Of a DNA stretch of 44,836 bases, positions 8,230 through 17,346 are shown in pieces. The DNA lies in the NCBI GenBank assembly GCA_964591325.1, contig CAZQAQ010000004.1, positions 1-44,836 of the forward strand, given 5' to 3'. Below the pieces are notes generated by a model that worked only from the letters and a program-made list of their open reading frames with translations, ran no database searches and was not told the DNA's origin. The DNA is from an uncultured Candidatus Saccharibacteria bacterium. Its GTDB lineage: Bacteria; Patescibacteriota; Minisyncoccia; Phycocordibacterales; PALSA-1337. Made by a program: the position numbers and the translations under genes. Numbering within the stretch: the first letter of the stretch is position 1; each line of letters opens with the position of its first letter.

Positions 8230-8724
8230 CTATTTTATCTCCCCAAGCAGACTATCTATATCAAGTGGCTCGGTCACCATATCTATTTCACCATTTTCTT
8301 TGATTTTCCAACTCTCTTTTGGTCTATCTACATATAGTTCTATACCATTTCCATCTGGGTCATTTAAATATATTGCTTCAGACACACCATGATCTGCTGT
8401 TCCTGTTATGGGATAATCTTTTTCTATTATATTTTTTAACGTTTTTGCAAGCTCTTTTCTATCGGGATATAGAAGTGCGAAGTGATACAAACCCGTATGA
8501 CCATGAGGTGCAGGTTTTGCCCCGACTCCAGCCCAAGTGTTTAGTCCTATATGGTGATGATATCCACCAGCACTTAGAAATATTGCACTACTACCGTACC
8601 TTGAAACGATTTCAAAGCCGAGTATGTCTCTGTAGAATGAAATTGCAGTATCTAAATTTGAAACGGTTAAATGTATGTGACCTATTGTAACTTTTGGATG
8701 AATTTTCATATTTTGATTATACAT
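8230..8724 (-). CDS. VOC-family protein (glyoxalase / extradiol-dioxygenase fold)
   Basis: 164 aa. IGHIHLTVSNLDTAISFYRDILGFE, GGYHHHIGLNTW, HFALLYP and AIYLNDPDGNGIELY are typical of CatE-type VOC proteins. Confidence 0.75.
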   Translation of the reverse strand: MYNQNMKIHPKVTIGHIHLTVSNLDTAISFYRDILGFEIVSRYGSSAIFLSAGGYHHHIGLNTWAGVGAKPAPHGHTGLYHFALLYPDRKELAKTLKNIIEKDYPITGTADHGVSEAIYLNDPDGNGIELYVDRPKESWKIKENGEIDMVTEPLDIDSLLGEIK

Positions 8725-8783
8725 TTTATTTTAACTTGCTCAAATTTTTTAAAAGGTTAATATTAAAATAGAAAAGGAGGAAT

Positions 8784-9191
8784 ATGAAAATTCGAGTAAT
8801 TCTCAGTAATGAACTGGAGGTGGTATGTCCCTCCGGTAATAGTTTGAGGATACCGGCGGGAAAAGAGGTTGAGATTTTTCTCGATAAGGAAAATCTAGAA
8901 AAATTCTTTAATTGGGTACTGAGTCAATCTCAACTGGAACTTATTCTTCAGGCAAAAACAGAGTATTGTGGGCAAATGTATGTGATCGATTTAAGGTTTA
9001 TACCTAGTACTGAACCAAATCAATCACATATAGTTAGGGAAGATTATAATCTACCTATGACACCTTTTGATGTTGATTTACCTAAAATGGGTATTCCACC
9101 AAAAGTGAATAGTCACCATCCTGTACAGAGTCTGCTTTACCTTGATGGCTTCAAGGGTGATATGCCAGATCTTGTTGGCTATGGTTCCTAA
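8784..9191 (+). CDS. hypothetical protein (135 aa)
   Basis: AAGGAGG RBS lies 5 nt upstream. No motif recognised. The 3' end lies inside a 12-nt tandem repeat. Confidence 0.55.
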   Translation: MKIRVILSNELEVVCPSGNSLRIPAGKEVEIFLDKENLEKFFNWVLSQSQLELILQAKTEYCGQMYVIDLRFIPSTEPNQSHIVREDYNLPMTPFDVDLPKMGIPPKVNSHHPVQSLLYLDGFKGDMPDLVGYGS

Positions 9192-9227
9192 TTGGGTTCT
9201 TGATGGGGTTCCTAATGGGGTTACTAA
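9180..9227 (+). repeat. 4 x 12-nt tandem repeat, each unit ending in an in-frame stop
   Basis: TATGGTTCCTAA / TTGGGTTCTTGA / TGGGGTTCCTAA / TGGGGTTACTAA. The first unit holds the stop codon of the 8784 gene. Confidence 0.85.
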
Positions 9228-9278
9228 ATTTGTTCTTAATTTTCTTAAATCTTTTTTTAAATGTTTTACTTTCAAAAT

Positions 9279-9305
9279 CCTCCGATGACCTCGGAGGTAT
9301 TTTTA
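9279..9305 (+). terminator. rho-independent terminator
   Basis: CCTCCGA-tgacc-TCGGAGG followed by TATTTTT. Confidence 0.7.
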
Positions 9306-9320
9306 TGTTAAATTTAATAT

Positions 9321-9539
9321 ATGTATATAAAAGTTCATGTAGTTCCAAAGTCTAAAAAAGAAAGTATAGATAAAGTGAGTGATGATAGTTATAAAATATG
9401 CGTAAAAGCAGAAGCAAAAAATAATGCAGTAAATAAGAGACTTATAGAAATAGTAAAAGAGATATATCCACAGTATAAAATTATTAAAATGGTTTCTGGG
9501 CACAGAAGTCCTTCAAAAATATTTAGCCTAGATGTATAA
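9321..9539 (+). CDS. DUF167 (YggU-like) protein
   Basis: 72 aa. IKVHVVPKSKKE...KAEAKNNAVNKRLIEIV...GHRSPSK fits the UPF0235/DUF167 pattern. Confidence 0.65.
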   Translation: MYIKVHVVPKSKKESIDKVSDDSYKICVKAEAKNNAVNKRLIEIVKEIYPQYKIIKMVSGHRSPSKIFSLDV

Positions 9540-9546
9540 TATACAT

Positions 9547-9921
9547 ATGAATATAAATATAAAAACATCATCGATTTCGCTTACACCAAGTATTTCAGAT
9601 TATGTAGAGAAAAGGCTTCAGTCTATACAAAGATTTTTTGATGGAGACACTACTGCTATGTGTGATGTTGAATTGGCACGAACAACCGCACACCATAAGG
9701 CAGGGGATATATTTAGAGCAGAAATTCATATAGTAGCAAAAGATAAGAATCTATATGCAAGTAGCGAACAAGACGATCTATACAAAGCTATAGATGTAGT
9801 AAGAGATGAAATGTTAAGAGAAGTAAGAAGTTCAAAATCAAAAGGATTATCACTATTGAGACGTGGTGGAGCAAGAGTAAAGAACATGATAAGAGGTATT
9901 TGGTCAAAGAGAAATATATAA
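9547..9921 (+). CDS. hpf: ribosome hibernation promoting factor (HPF/RaiA family)
   Basis: MNINIKTSSISLTPSISDYVEKRL...AEIHI...LYASSEQDDLYKAIDVVRDEM is the S30AE signature. An alternative upstream ATG lies at 9532. Confidence 0.8.
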   Translation: MNINIKTSSISLTPSISDYVEKRLQSIQRFFDGDTTAMCDVELARTTAHHKAGDIFRAEIHIVAKDKNLYASSEQDDLYKAIDVVRDEMLREVRSSKSKGLSLLRRGGARVKNMIRGIWSKRNI

Positions 9922-9922
9922 A

Positions 9923-10066
9923 ATGTTATTGAAACAAAAAGTAAATTCTAGTTTGTGTATAATACTTATTTGTTTGATGGCATTTTGGACTGTGCTCTAT
10001 TACTTCTCTCACAAAGCTTTTGCAATAGGGGATTCTTATGCAGATTCTTATTCTGAGTTTATATAG
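9923..10066 (+). CDS. possible 47-aa signal-peptide mini-ORF
   Basis: Not in the ORF track (too short). MLLKQKVNSSLCIILICLMAFWTVLYYFSHKAFA|IGDSYADSYSEFI has a hydrophobic core and an AxA-like site. There is no clear RBS. Confidence 0.25.
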   Translation: MLLKQKVNSSLCIILICLMAFWTVLYYFSHKAFAIGDSYADSYSEFI

Positions 10067-10087
10067 CTTATATAATATTTCTTTAGA

Positions 10088-10936
10088 CTATAGATCAGAG
10101 TAATTCATCTCTTTTTTACCTTCTGGAATTACTTTTTCTATATTCAATTTTTCATCTTTAAGATTAGCTTTTGTTATTTTTACTCTTATTTTCTTGCTAT
10201 CTTTTTCTATAAAGAAATATGCTGAAGGCCAGATATGATAAGCGTTTATTTTTAGTAAATTTTTATATGGATCGTCATTTAGATCTATAAGTCCGTCTTC
10301 TTTTTCTATCTTTTTTGTATACGTAGCTTTGCTATGATCCTGATCTATTTCTTTTATCTTTCCATCTACCCAGTCAGGTAGTATTTGACTTATAAGTTCC
10401 GCACCCTCTTTAACAAGTATTTTTCCGAGTTTATCTCTATCTATCGGCCAATTATCTATACTTATATTTTTTACTGCAACTATAGGTCCATGATCCATTT
10501 CACTATCCATTCTTATTATAGTTACACCAGTATCTTTTTTATCTTCAAGTATTGATGTTTCAATTGGGCATGAACCTCTAAATTCAGGTAATAATGAAGG
10601 GTGTATGTTCAGTGATTTATATTTTGGAATATTCAAAATACTATCTGGAATTATTTTTCCATAAGCCATAACTACAAATACATCACAATTGAATGTTTTA
10701 AGTTTCTCTACAAAACTCTCATCTCTAAGCTTTATAGGTTCAAATACTGTAATACCTTTACTTAGACCCCAAGCTTTTGCTGGAGTAGGTGATACTTCCA
10801 TATTTCTACCTCTAGGTTTGTCTGGTGCTGTTACAATAAAAGCTATTTCATAGCCGTTATTGTAAAGTTCATCCAGTATCATTACTGAATATTCAGGTGT
10901 ACCAAAAAATCCTATTTTAATTTTCTTATTTAACAT
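10088..10936 (-). CDS. fmt: methionyl-tRNA formyltransferase
   Basis: 282 aa. IGFFGTPEYS, LNIHPSLLPEFRGSCPI. Coupled to def by a TAATG overlap. Confidence 0.9.
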   Translation of the reverse strand: MLNKKIKIGFFGTPEYSVMILDELYNNGYEIAFIVTAPDKPRGRNMEVSPTPAKAWGLSKGITVFEPIKLRDESFVEKLKTFNCDVFVVMAYGKIIPDSILNIPKYKSLNIHPSLLPEFRGSCPIETSILEDKKDTGVTIIRMDSEMDHGPIVAVKNISIDNWPIDRDKLGKILVKEGAELISQILPDWVDGKIKEIDQDHSKATYTKKIEKEDGLIDLNDDPYKNLLKINAYHIWPSAYFFIEKDSKKIRVKITKANLKDEKLNIEKVIPEGKKEMNYSDL

Positions 10937-11496
10937 TATTTATTTTCGGATATTTTCTTTTTTGTCTGAGTGCTATCTCCTTCAGGTGGAATTTCTTTTA
11001 CATCATATGCACTATCGGTAAATAGTATTCCATGTAAGTGATCTGTTTCATGTTGAAATACTTGCGCTAATAGTCCACTTGCACCTCTATTTATTTTTTC
11101 ACCTTTTTCATTTATAGCTTCAAGTGTAACCTTGTCTGCTCTTTTTATCTTTCCATATTTCCATCTTACAGATAGACAACCTTCTTCTACTTCTTGTTTT
11201 TCTTTTGAGTATTTTGTTATTTTTGGATTTATAAAAATTAGATTTGATTCATCACCTTTATAAGTCTCATCTGCTAGTTTTAGAACTCTGCCAGATACTA
11301 CAAATATCTGTAGAGATACACCTATCTGTGGTGCAGCTATTGCTATACCATCATCTTGCTTTTCTAGAGCACTCACCATGTCATCGATGATAGTCTTTAT
11401 TTTGCCATTTTCTATATCATTAATATCCACCAATTCTGCTTTTTGGCGTAGTACTGCACCTTGTTTTTTATCTGCTATTTGGACGATGTTTACCAT
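10936..11496 (-). CDS. def: peptide deformylase
   Basis: 186 aa with the three PDF motifs: GIAIAAPQIG, EGCLS, QHETDHL. Confidence 0.9.
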   Translation of the reverse strand: MVNIVQIADKKQGAVLRQKAELVDINDIENGKIKTIIDDMVSALEKQDDGIAIAAPQIGVSLQIFVVSGRVLKLADETYKGDESNLIFINPKITKYSKEKQEVEEGCLSVRWKYGKIKRADKVTLEAINEKGEKINRGASGLLAQVFQHETDHLHGILFTDSAYDVKEIPPEGDSTQTKKKISENK

Positions 11497-11541
11497 ATAT
11501 TTATATAATACTATACGTATTTATGACTATATTGGCAATGT

Positions 11542-13413
11542 TTATAATAAAGACTCAGGATCGGTATTTATACTTATAGCAGGGGAAAGATTTCTAAGTT
11601 TAAATAGTAGTTCTTCATTTGGCCACATTGTATTTTCTAATTTTATAAGTCCATGCAGTACTTCTTCACCATTTTTATTCCTAGTAAAAGCAGGAAATAT
11701 ATCTATATTTATATCACCAAGCATATTTCTCAATTCCTCCATTTCTTTTGCTATCTCACTTCTTTTTCCTGCAATTGTAATCTTTATCAGTGTCTTACAT
11801 GGCGGATAACCTACCATTTCTCTTTCCTCAAGGATATTTTTATAGAATTCATCAATATTATTGTCTTTAAAATATTCAAAGGCTCGTTCTTCTATTTTTC
11901 TTGTTTCTATAACCATACATTTTTCTGTTATAGATTTTATATTTTGTAATATCGTAACTATTCTTTCTTCAATTCTAAAATCTGGCATAGAAAGTAAAGA
12001 ATCTATACCAATAACAGAAGAGTATTGCACTTTACTGTCTATATACTGTATTACCATCTCTGTACCAAGTAATACACCCATTTTACTTTCATTCCATTTA
12101 TTTATAATTTCTTTTATATCTTTATCATTTTTTGTTGTATCAGAATCAATTTTAAATAAAGGAATATCAGGGAAAATTTCTTTTATTTTCTCATACACTA
12201 GATCGATTCCTATCCCAAATGCTTTTAGTTTCCAACTACCACATTTTGCACAGTATTCTTCCGCACTTCTTCTCTCTCCACATCTATGACACATAAAAAA
12301 GTTTTTATGTAGTACTACTGGAGAATTACATTTATTACATATAACTATATTTTGACAGTCTTCACATAGGGTAATAGGGGATGTTCCACGTCTGGTGCTG
12401 TATATGAATACCTTTTCATTGTTTTCTATAGCTTTTTTAATAATTTCTTCAGTGTACTGCGATATAATTCTTGTTTCTTTTATCTCTGTTTCATTCTTAA
12501 ACTTCATATCAATAAGTTTTATTTCACATTCTATATTTGAATTGTCTTTATATATATTTATTTCTTTAATTTCTCTTTTGATTTTTTTATATAAAGTTTC
12601 AACTCTAACTTTTTCATCAGAAATATACAGATCAGCATTTAGATTTTTTGTATATTCACTCACAAAATATCGTATATCCACATAAGGCCTTTTTTGAAGT
12701 TTATAACTTCTATTTCTTTCTTTTTCCAAGACATAAGTTTCTATATCATCTCGACTAAATGATAAAAATGCATAAGTACATACCATAACAATAGGGTGAT
12801 CTGTATCTTGAGCATCATTAAAGTTTTTTATAATCTCTTTTTTTGTTTGACTGCTATTTAGTATAAAAACGTATTTTTCTATACCTTTTTTAATAGTATT
12901 AAATGTATTTATGGCTTCTTGATTGTTAGGTAGTACAAAAACCAATGATTTTTTTCGAGCAAATTCTTGCCTTATCAGTCCTTTCCAGAAAGTATATCTA
13001 TCATCTTTTTGCCCTTCTACGACAAATGTCTTACTCTGCTTCTCTTTTATTTCAATTTTTTTTGTTTTTAATTTATCAATATTTTCAAGGAAATAATCTG
13101 GGACAATTAAGTTAAATGTATTTCCAACATTACCTATAAAATAATTTGCAGTATTTTCAACTGATATTAAAAATTCTTTATTAAAGAAATTTGTGGCTTT
13201 AACATTCTCTATTTTTTTCAAAGTAAACTTTGCTTTTTTTATATCAGATTTTATTTCTCCAATATCTTTTTTTGATATTACAATACCTTTAACTATTTTA
13301 TTTCTGATTGAAACTTTAACAATAGAACCTATGGGTAAGTCTTGTGAAGTAAAATATGAAAGGGAAGATTTCATGACCCCTTTTTTTATAGGTATTACTT
13401 CTATTACATTCAT
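11542..13413 (-). CDS. priA: primosomal protein N' (PriA)-like, helicase motifs degenerate
   Basis: 623 aa. PriA layout with the Cys-rich zinc module CEDCQNIVICNKCNSPVVLHKNFFMCHRCG...CAKCGS. No GxGKT P-loop anywhere, and DEEH is replaced by EKER. Confidence 0.75.
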   Translation of the reverse strand: MNVIEVIPIKKGVMKSSLSYFTSQDLPIGSIVKVSIRNKIVKGIVISKKDIGEIKSDIKKAKFTLKKIENVKATNFFNKEFLISVENTANYFIGNVGNTFNLIVPDYFLENIDKLKTKKIEIKEKQSKTFVVEGQKDDRYTFWKGLIRQEFARKKSLVFVLPNNQEAINTFNTIKKGIEKYVFILNSSQTKKEIIKNFNDAQDTDHPIVMVCTYAFLSFSRDDIETYVLEKERNRSYKLQKRPYVDIRYFVSEYTKNLNADLYISDEKVRVETLYKKIKREIKEINIYKDNSNIECEIKLIDMKFKNETEIKETRIISQYTEEIIKKAIENNEKVFIYSTRRGTSPITLCEDCQNIVICNKCNSPVVLHKNFFMCHRCGERRSAEEYCAKCGSWKLKAFGIGIDLVYEKIKEIFPDIPLFKIDSDTTKNDKDIKEIINKWNESKMGVLLGTEMVIQYIDSKVQYSSVIGIDSLLSMPDFRIEERIVTILQNIKSITEKCMVIETRKIEERAFEYFKDNNIDEFYKNILEEREMVGYPPCKTLIKITIAGKRSEIAKEMEELRNMLGDINIDIFPAFTRNKNGEEVLHGLIKLENTMWPNEELLFKLRNLSPAISINTDPESLL

Positions 13414-13505
13414 ACTCTATTTATACCTTTTTAAAATGAAACATGGGAGGGGATTGACGTACTATGTCATGAGTGTTACTTTTTATGAGGATATGGAGGT
13501 AAAAC

Positions 13506-13862
13506 ATGAATATTAAAAGGTTGTACGTACTGTCTGTCATACTCTGCGTTCTTGTCATTTTACCGATGGCGATTTGGGTCTATTGGCCCATCGTGAAGGG
13601 TAAACATGATTTCAATGAAGCAAAGGCAAAGCAAGAGATTGCAAGTATTCAGTCCAGTTCATCACCAGTTCCTGTATCGACTGGTATTCAGTCTGATACG
13701 AACAATGTGAGATTGGTTTACCACGCGGACGTTCTTCAGGATCAATCAAGGTTGGTGAATGAGTACACAAACTCAAACCCAGGTTTTGAATTTTTCGGTT
13801 TACTTAAGACCGATCGTGAACAGTCACTTCCTGGAGTAATACATGTTTATGTGAGGAAGTGA
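13506..13862 (+). CDS. membrane-anchored hypothetical protein (higher G+C)
   Basis: 118 aa. TGGAGG RBS. N-terminal TM helix LYVLSVILCVLVILPMAIWVYW. Terminator downstream. Confidence 0.5.
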   Translation: MNIKRLYVLSVILCVLVILPMAIWVYWPIVKGKHDFNEAKAKQEIASIQSSSSPVPVSTGIQSDTNNVRLVYHADVLQDQSRLVNEYTNSNPGFEFFGLLKTDREQSLPGVIHVYVRK

Positions 13863-13909
13863 GCATTTTATTACAAAACAAATTTAAGAAAATAAAAAAT
13901 CTTAAATAA

Positions 13910-13948
13910 AACAAAAACTTTGAGAGGAAAACCCTCTCATTTTTTTTA
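13910..13948. terminator. bidirectional terminator
   Basis: TGAGAGG-aaaac-CCTCTCA with an A-rich run upstream and TTTTTTTT downstream. It sits between convergent genes. Confidence 0.7.
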
Positions 13949-13974
13949 TTTAATTTTACTACTATTTCCCATTT

Positions 13975-15345
13975 TTACTCTTCAAATATCTCTATATCTG
14001 CACCAATTTTATTTAATCTAAAAGCCAAATCTTCATAGCCTCTGTTTATATTGTAAACATTTCTCAATATACATTCTCCTGGTACTGCCAACATACATAT
14101 CATGATAACAACAGAAGGTCTAAGTGCGGGCGGACATGTAATATCTGCTTTTTTCCATAGTGTTGGACCTTTTATATAGAACCTATGTGGATCAGCAAGA
14201 ATAACTTCTGCTCCAAGCTTTTCTATTTCTTTATAATAAATTGCTCTTTCTTCATATACCCAGTCATGTATAAAACTCTGTCCATGAGCCACAGCACCTA
14301 CAGCCACAAAGAAGGGAAGATTATCCATATTTATTCCTGGATAAGGTTGAGCATGAATCTTATCCGGCAGAGCTGATAGTGTAGATTTTCTTGTTTCTAT
14401 ATCAACTAGATTTACTTTACCATTTAAACCTTTATATCTTTTTAATATTTTATATTTGAAACCCATTTTTTCTAATTTCAAAAGTTCTAGCTCCAAGAAA
14501 TCGACAGGACATCTTTCTATTGTTATATTTGAATTTGTAACAATAGCTGTGGTTATGAGAGACATAGCTTCTATAGGATCTTCACCCAAAGCATATTCTA
14601 TATCTTGATTTATTTCTTTTACTCCATTTATTTTTAGTGTTGATGTACCAATTCCTTGTATTTTTACACCAAGCATTTCTAGATAGAAACAAATATCTTG
14701 TACTTGATAGTTTGCAGAAGCAAACTTCAGAGTAGTTTCTCCCTCTATAAGTGAAGCGGCCATTATTGCAGTTTCTGTAACAGTGTCACCAGCTTCATAC
14801 ATGATTATTTCACTAGGTTTAAGTCCATCATGGCTAACATCATAATATGTAGATTTTGTATCGATCTTTACTCCTAGTTTATCTAGAGCATAAAGATAAG
14901 GTGTGACCGTTCTAGAACCTAGACGACATCCACCAGCTTGAGGAATTTTGAAATGTTTATAACTATGTATTAGTGAACCTATTAGCATTATGCAACTTCT
15001 TGTTCTTTCTGCACTAACTTTATTTATTTTATTTATATCTATTTTTTTTGATGGGATTATTATCAAATCATCTTTTTCCCAAATAGTTTTTACTCCGATA
15101 CTATTCAACACTTCTATTATACGGAAGACTTCTTCGATTTTCGGAGCATTTTTTATAGTAGTTTTTCCTTTATTTAAAAGAGATGCGCACATTATACCTA
15201 CTGCACCATTTTTTGATGTTCTAACCTTTATATTTCCTTTAAGAGTTTTTCCTCCATTTATTCTGAAGTTCAGACTTGGCTTTGCTTTATTTACTGCGTC
15301 TTTCTGTAAACTCTTTTGCTGATTTTGTTGTGGATTTTTTTTCAT
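13975..15345 (-). CDS. murA: UDP-N-acetylglucosamine 1-carboxyvinyltransferase
   Basis: 456 aa. EPSP-synthase fold pattern: LKGNIKVRTSKNGAVGIMCASLL, QAGGCRLGSRTV, and a C-terminal RGYEDLAFRLNKIGADI. Confidence 0.9.
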   Translation of the reverse strand: MKKNPQQNQQKSLQKDAVNKAKPSLNFRINGGKTLKGNIKVRTSKNGAVGIMCASLLNKGKTTIKNAPKIEEVFRIIEVLNSIGVKTIWEKDDLIIIPSKKIDINKINKVSAERTRSCIMLIGSLIHSYKHFKIPQAGGCRLGSRTVTPYLYALDKLGVKIDTKSTYYDVSHDGLKPSEIIMYEAGDTVTETAIMAASLIEGETTLKFASANYQVQDICFYLEMLGVKIQGIGTSTLKINGVKEINQDIEYALGEDPIEAMSLITTAIVTNSNITIERCPVDFLELELLKLEKMGFKYKILKRYKGLNGKVNLVDIETRKSTLSALPDKIHAQPYPGINMDNLPFFVAVGAVAHGQSFIHDWVYEERAIYYKEIEKLGAEVILADPHRFYIKGPTLWKKADITCPPALRPSVVIMICMLAVPGECILRNVYNINRGYEDLAFRLNKIGADIEIFEE

Positions 15346-15418
15346 ATTTTGTATTAATTATTATGAGGCTTTATATATTTTTTGCAAATAAGTTAAAATA
15401 AGAATATTATTGCTATAT

Positions 15419-16432
15419 ATGAATCTCTTTGGCCAAAAACTCGGAATAGATCTTGGAACAGCAAATACTCTTGTATTTGTTCCTGGAAAAGGAATAGTTC
15501 TAAATGAACCATCAGTAGTTGCTGTTTCCGAAAAAGGAAAAAATATCTTAGCTGTTGGTATAGAGGCAAAGGAAATGGTTGGTAGGACTCCAGATGGAAT
15601 AATAGCGTATAAACCTATGAGAGATGGAGTTATAGCTGATTATAAGATCACAGAGGTGATGCTTAGATATTTTATAGATAAGTCTCTAGGTAAATGGAAT
15701 CTCTTCAAACCTGAAGTAATGGTATCTGTTCCTGCTGGTATAACATCAACAGAAAGAAGAGCTGTAGTTGAAGCGGCTATAAGAGCTGGTTCAAGAAATG
15801 CTTATGTTGTTAAAGAGCCGATACTTGCTGCTATAGGTGCTGGTATACCTATTCAAGAAGCTCGTGGACATATGATAGTAGATATAGGTGGTGGAACTAC
15901 TGATGTTGCCGTTATATCTCTTGGAGGAATAGTTTCATCAAATTCAGTAAAATGTGCTGGAAATAAAATAGACTATGCAATTGCAGATCATTTAAAGAAA
16001 AATTTCAATCTATCTATTGGAGAAAAAATGGCAGAAGATATAAAGATAACAATAGGTTCTGCAATACCGCTTGAAGAAGAATTGTCTATGACCGTTAAAG
16101 GTAGAGATTTTGTAACAGGACTTCCACGTTCAGCTGAATTAAAGACAAATGAAGTAGTGAAGGCAATAGGAAAAGAATTGCGTGACATGATAAAAGCAAT
16201 AAAAGATGTTTTGCAAGAAACTCCACCAGAACTTGCTTCAGATATCATAGATCACGGTATTACTATGACAGGAGGTTCTTCTTTGCTTAGAAACTTACCA
16301 GAATTGGTTTATAGAAGAATAGGGGTTAAAGCAAAAGTTGCAGATGATGCGTTGTATTGTGTAGCAAAGGGAACAGGTATAGCGCTAGAGCATATAGATA
16401 CGTATAAGAAATCTATAATATCAAAACGATAA
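15419..16432 (+). CDS. mreB: rod-shape protein MreB (paralogue 1, stand-alone)
   Basis: LGIDLGTANTLV, EPSVVA, MIVDIGGGTTDVAVISLGGIV, ITMTGGSSLLRNL. The ATG at 15419 is preferred over the TTG at 15410. Confidence 0.9.
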   Translation: MNLFGQKLGIDLGTANTLVFVPGKGIVLNEPSVVAVSEKGKNILAVGIEAKEMVGRTPDGIIAYKPMRDGVIADYKITEVMLRYFIDKSLGKWNLFKPEVMVSVPAGITSTERRAVVEAAIRAGSRNAYVVKEPILAAIGAGIPIQEARGHMIVDIGGGTTDVAVISLGGIVSSNSVKCAGNKIDYAIADHLKKNFNLSIGEKMAEDIKITIGSAIPLEEELSMTVKGRDFVTGLPRSAELKTNEVVKAIGKELRDMIKAIKDVLQETPPELASDIIDHGITMTGGSSLLRNLPELVYRRIGVKAKVADDALYCVAKGTGIALEHIDTYKKSIISKR

Positions 16433-16535
16433 TAAAAGACAGTAAAGAAAAATATTTATGGTTAGACTTCGGTCGAAGCTGTATGCGCTCTTTCTTTTTA
16501 TATACATAAATAACGAAATTACTTATAATGCATAT

Positions 16536-17228
16536 ATGAATGAATTTGAGGAAATACTTACACTTTCACATCATGCTTATTTTATACATCATAAACATGG
16601 TGTAATAGATAGATTGAAGGATTTTTTATTTGATAAATTTAAAATTCAACAAAAACAAAATCCAGATTTTTTTCATGAGACATTTATTTCGCTTTCCATA
16701 GATGATAGTAGAAGGATAAAAGCTATACATTCAGGAAAATCATTTGGCCAAAATGGAAAAAGAATATTTATTGTAGAGTCAAACTCTATTACACATGAAG
16801 CTCAAAATGCTCTACTTAAAATCTTTGAAGAACCAAATCAAAATAGTTTTTTCTTTTTGATTATGCCTGATCCAATTATTTTATTACCAACTTTAAAATC
16901 TAGACTTTTTATTTTAAAAAATAATATTCAAAAAGAAGAGAATGTATATGATATTGAAGCTAAAAAGTTTTTGAAAATGAGTATAGGGGATAAAGTAAGT
17001 TTCGTAGATGAATTGGCAAAGGATATAAGTGATGAAAAAAAGACAAAGTTGGATGCTATAAACTTTCTTTCTGCACTAGAGAAAAATATCTATGAAAGTA
17101 TTGATTTAAAAGATATAAATGAAAGACAAAAATTAGGTTTGAAATCTATTTTGAAAGCTAGAGATTATATGAATGATAGATCTCCATCCATAAAGCAATT
17201 ACTTGAATTTGTGGCAGTTTCTGTCTAA
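16536..17228 (+). CDS. holB: DNA polymerase III delta'-like clamp-loader subunit
   Basis: KRIFIVESNSITHEAQNALLKIFEEPNQNSFFFLI...LPTLKSRLFIL is the delta'/RFC-box VII-VIII pattern. No P-loop. Start chosen at the internal ATG; the track ORF begins at 16458. Confidence 0.65.
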   Translation: MNEFEEILTLSHHAYFIHHKHGVIDRLKDFLFDKFKIQQKQNPDFFHETFISLSIDDSRRIKAIHSGKSFGQNGKRIFIVESNSITHEAQNALLKIFEEPNQNSFFFLIMPDPIILLPTLKSRLFILKNNIQKEENVYDIEAKKFLKMSIGDKVSFVDELAKDISDEKKTKLDAINFLSALEKNIYESIDLKDINERQKLGLKSILKARDYMNDRSPSIKQLLEFVAVSV

Positions 17229-17346
17229 CACTATTTACATATTAAATTTTTATTTCATAAATATTTATTTTATAAATATTTTATTATTTTTTTATTATAA
17301 CTTTATCTCAACTTTGTAAACTTACTAAGCAAAGAAATCTTTGCAT

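Noticed and set aside
11378-13516. Several 96-143-aa plus-strand ORFs inside priA (11378, 11653, 11861, 12395, 13193)
   Set aside because: They are antisense to a well-supported gene. Their translations are Ile/Phe/Ser/Leu-rich low-complexity sequence, typical of the reverse frame of AT-rich coding DNA. None has an RBS or promoter.
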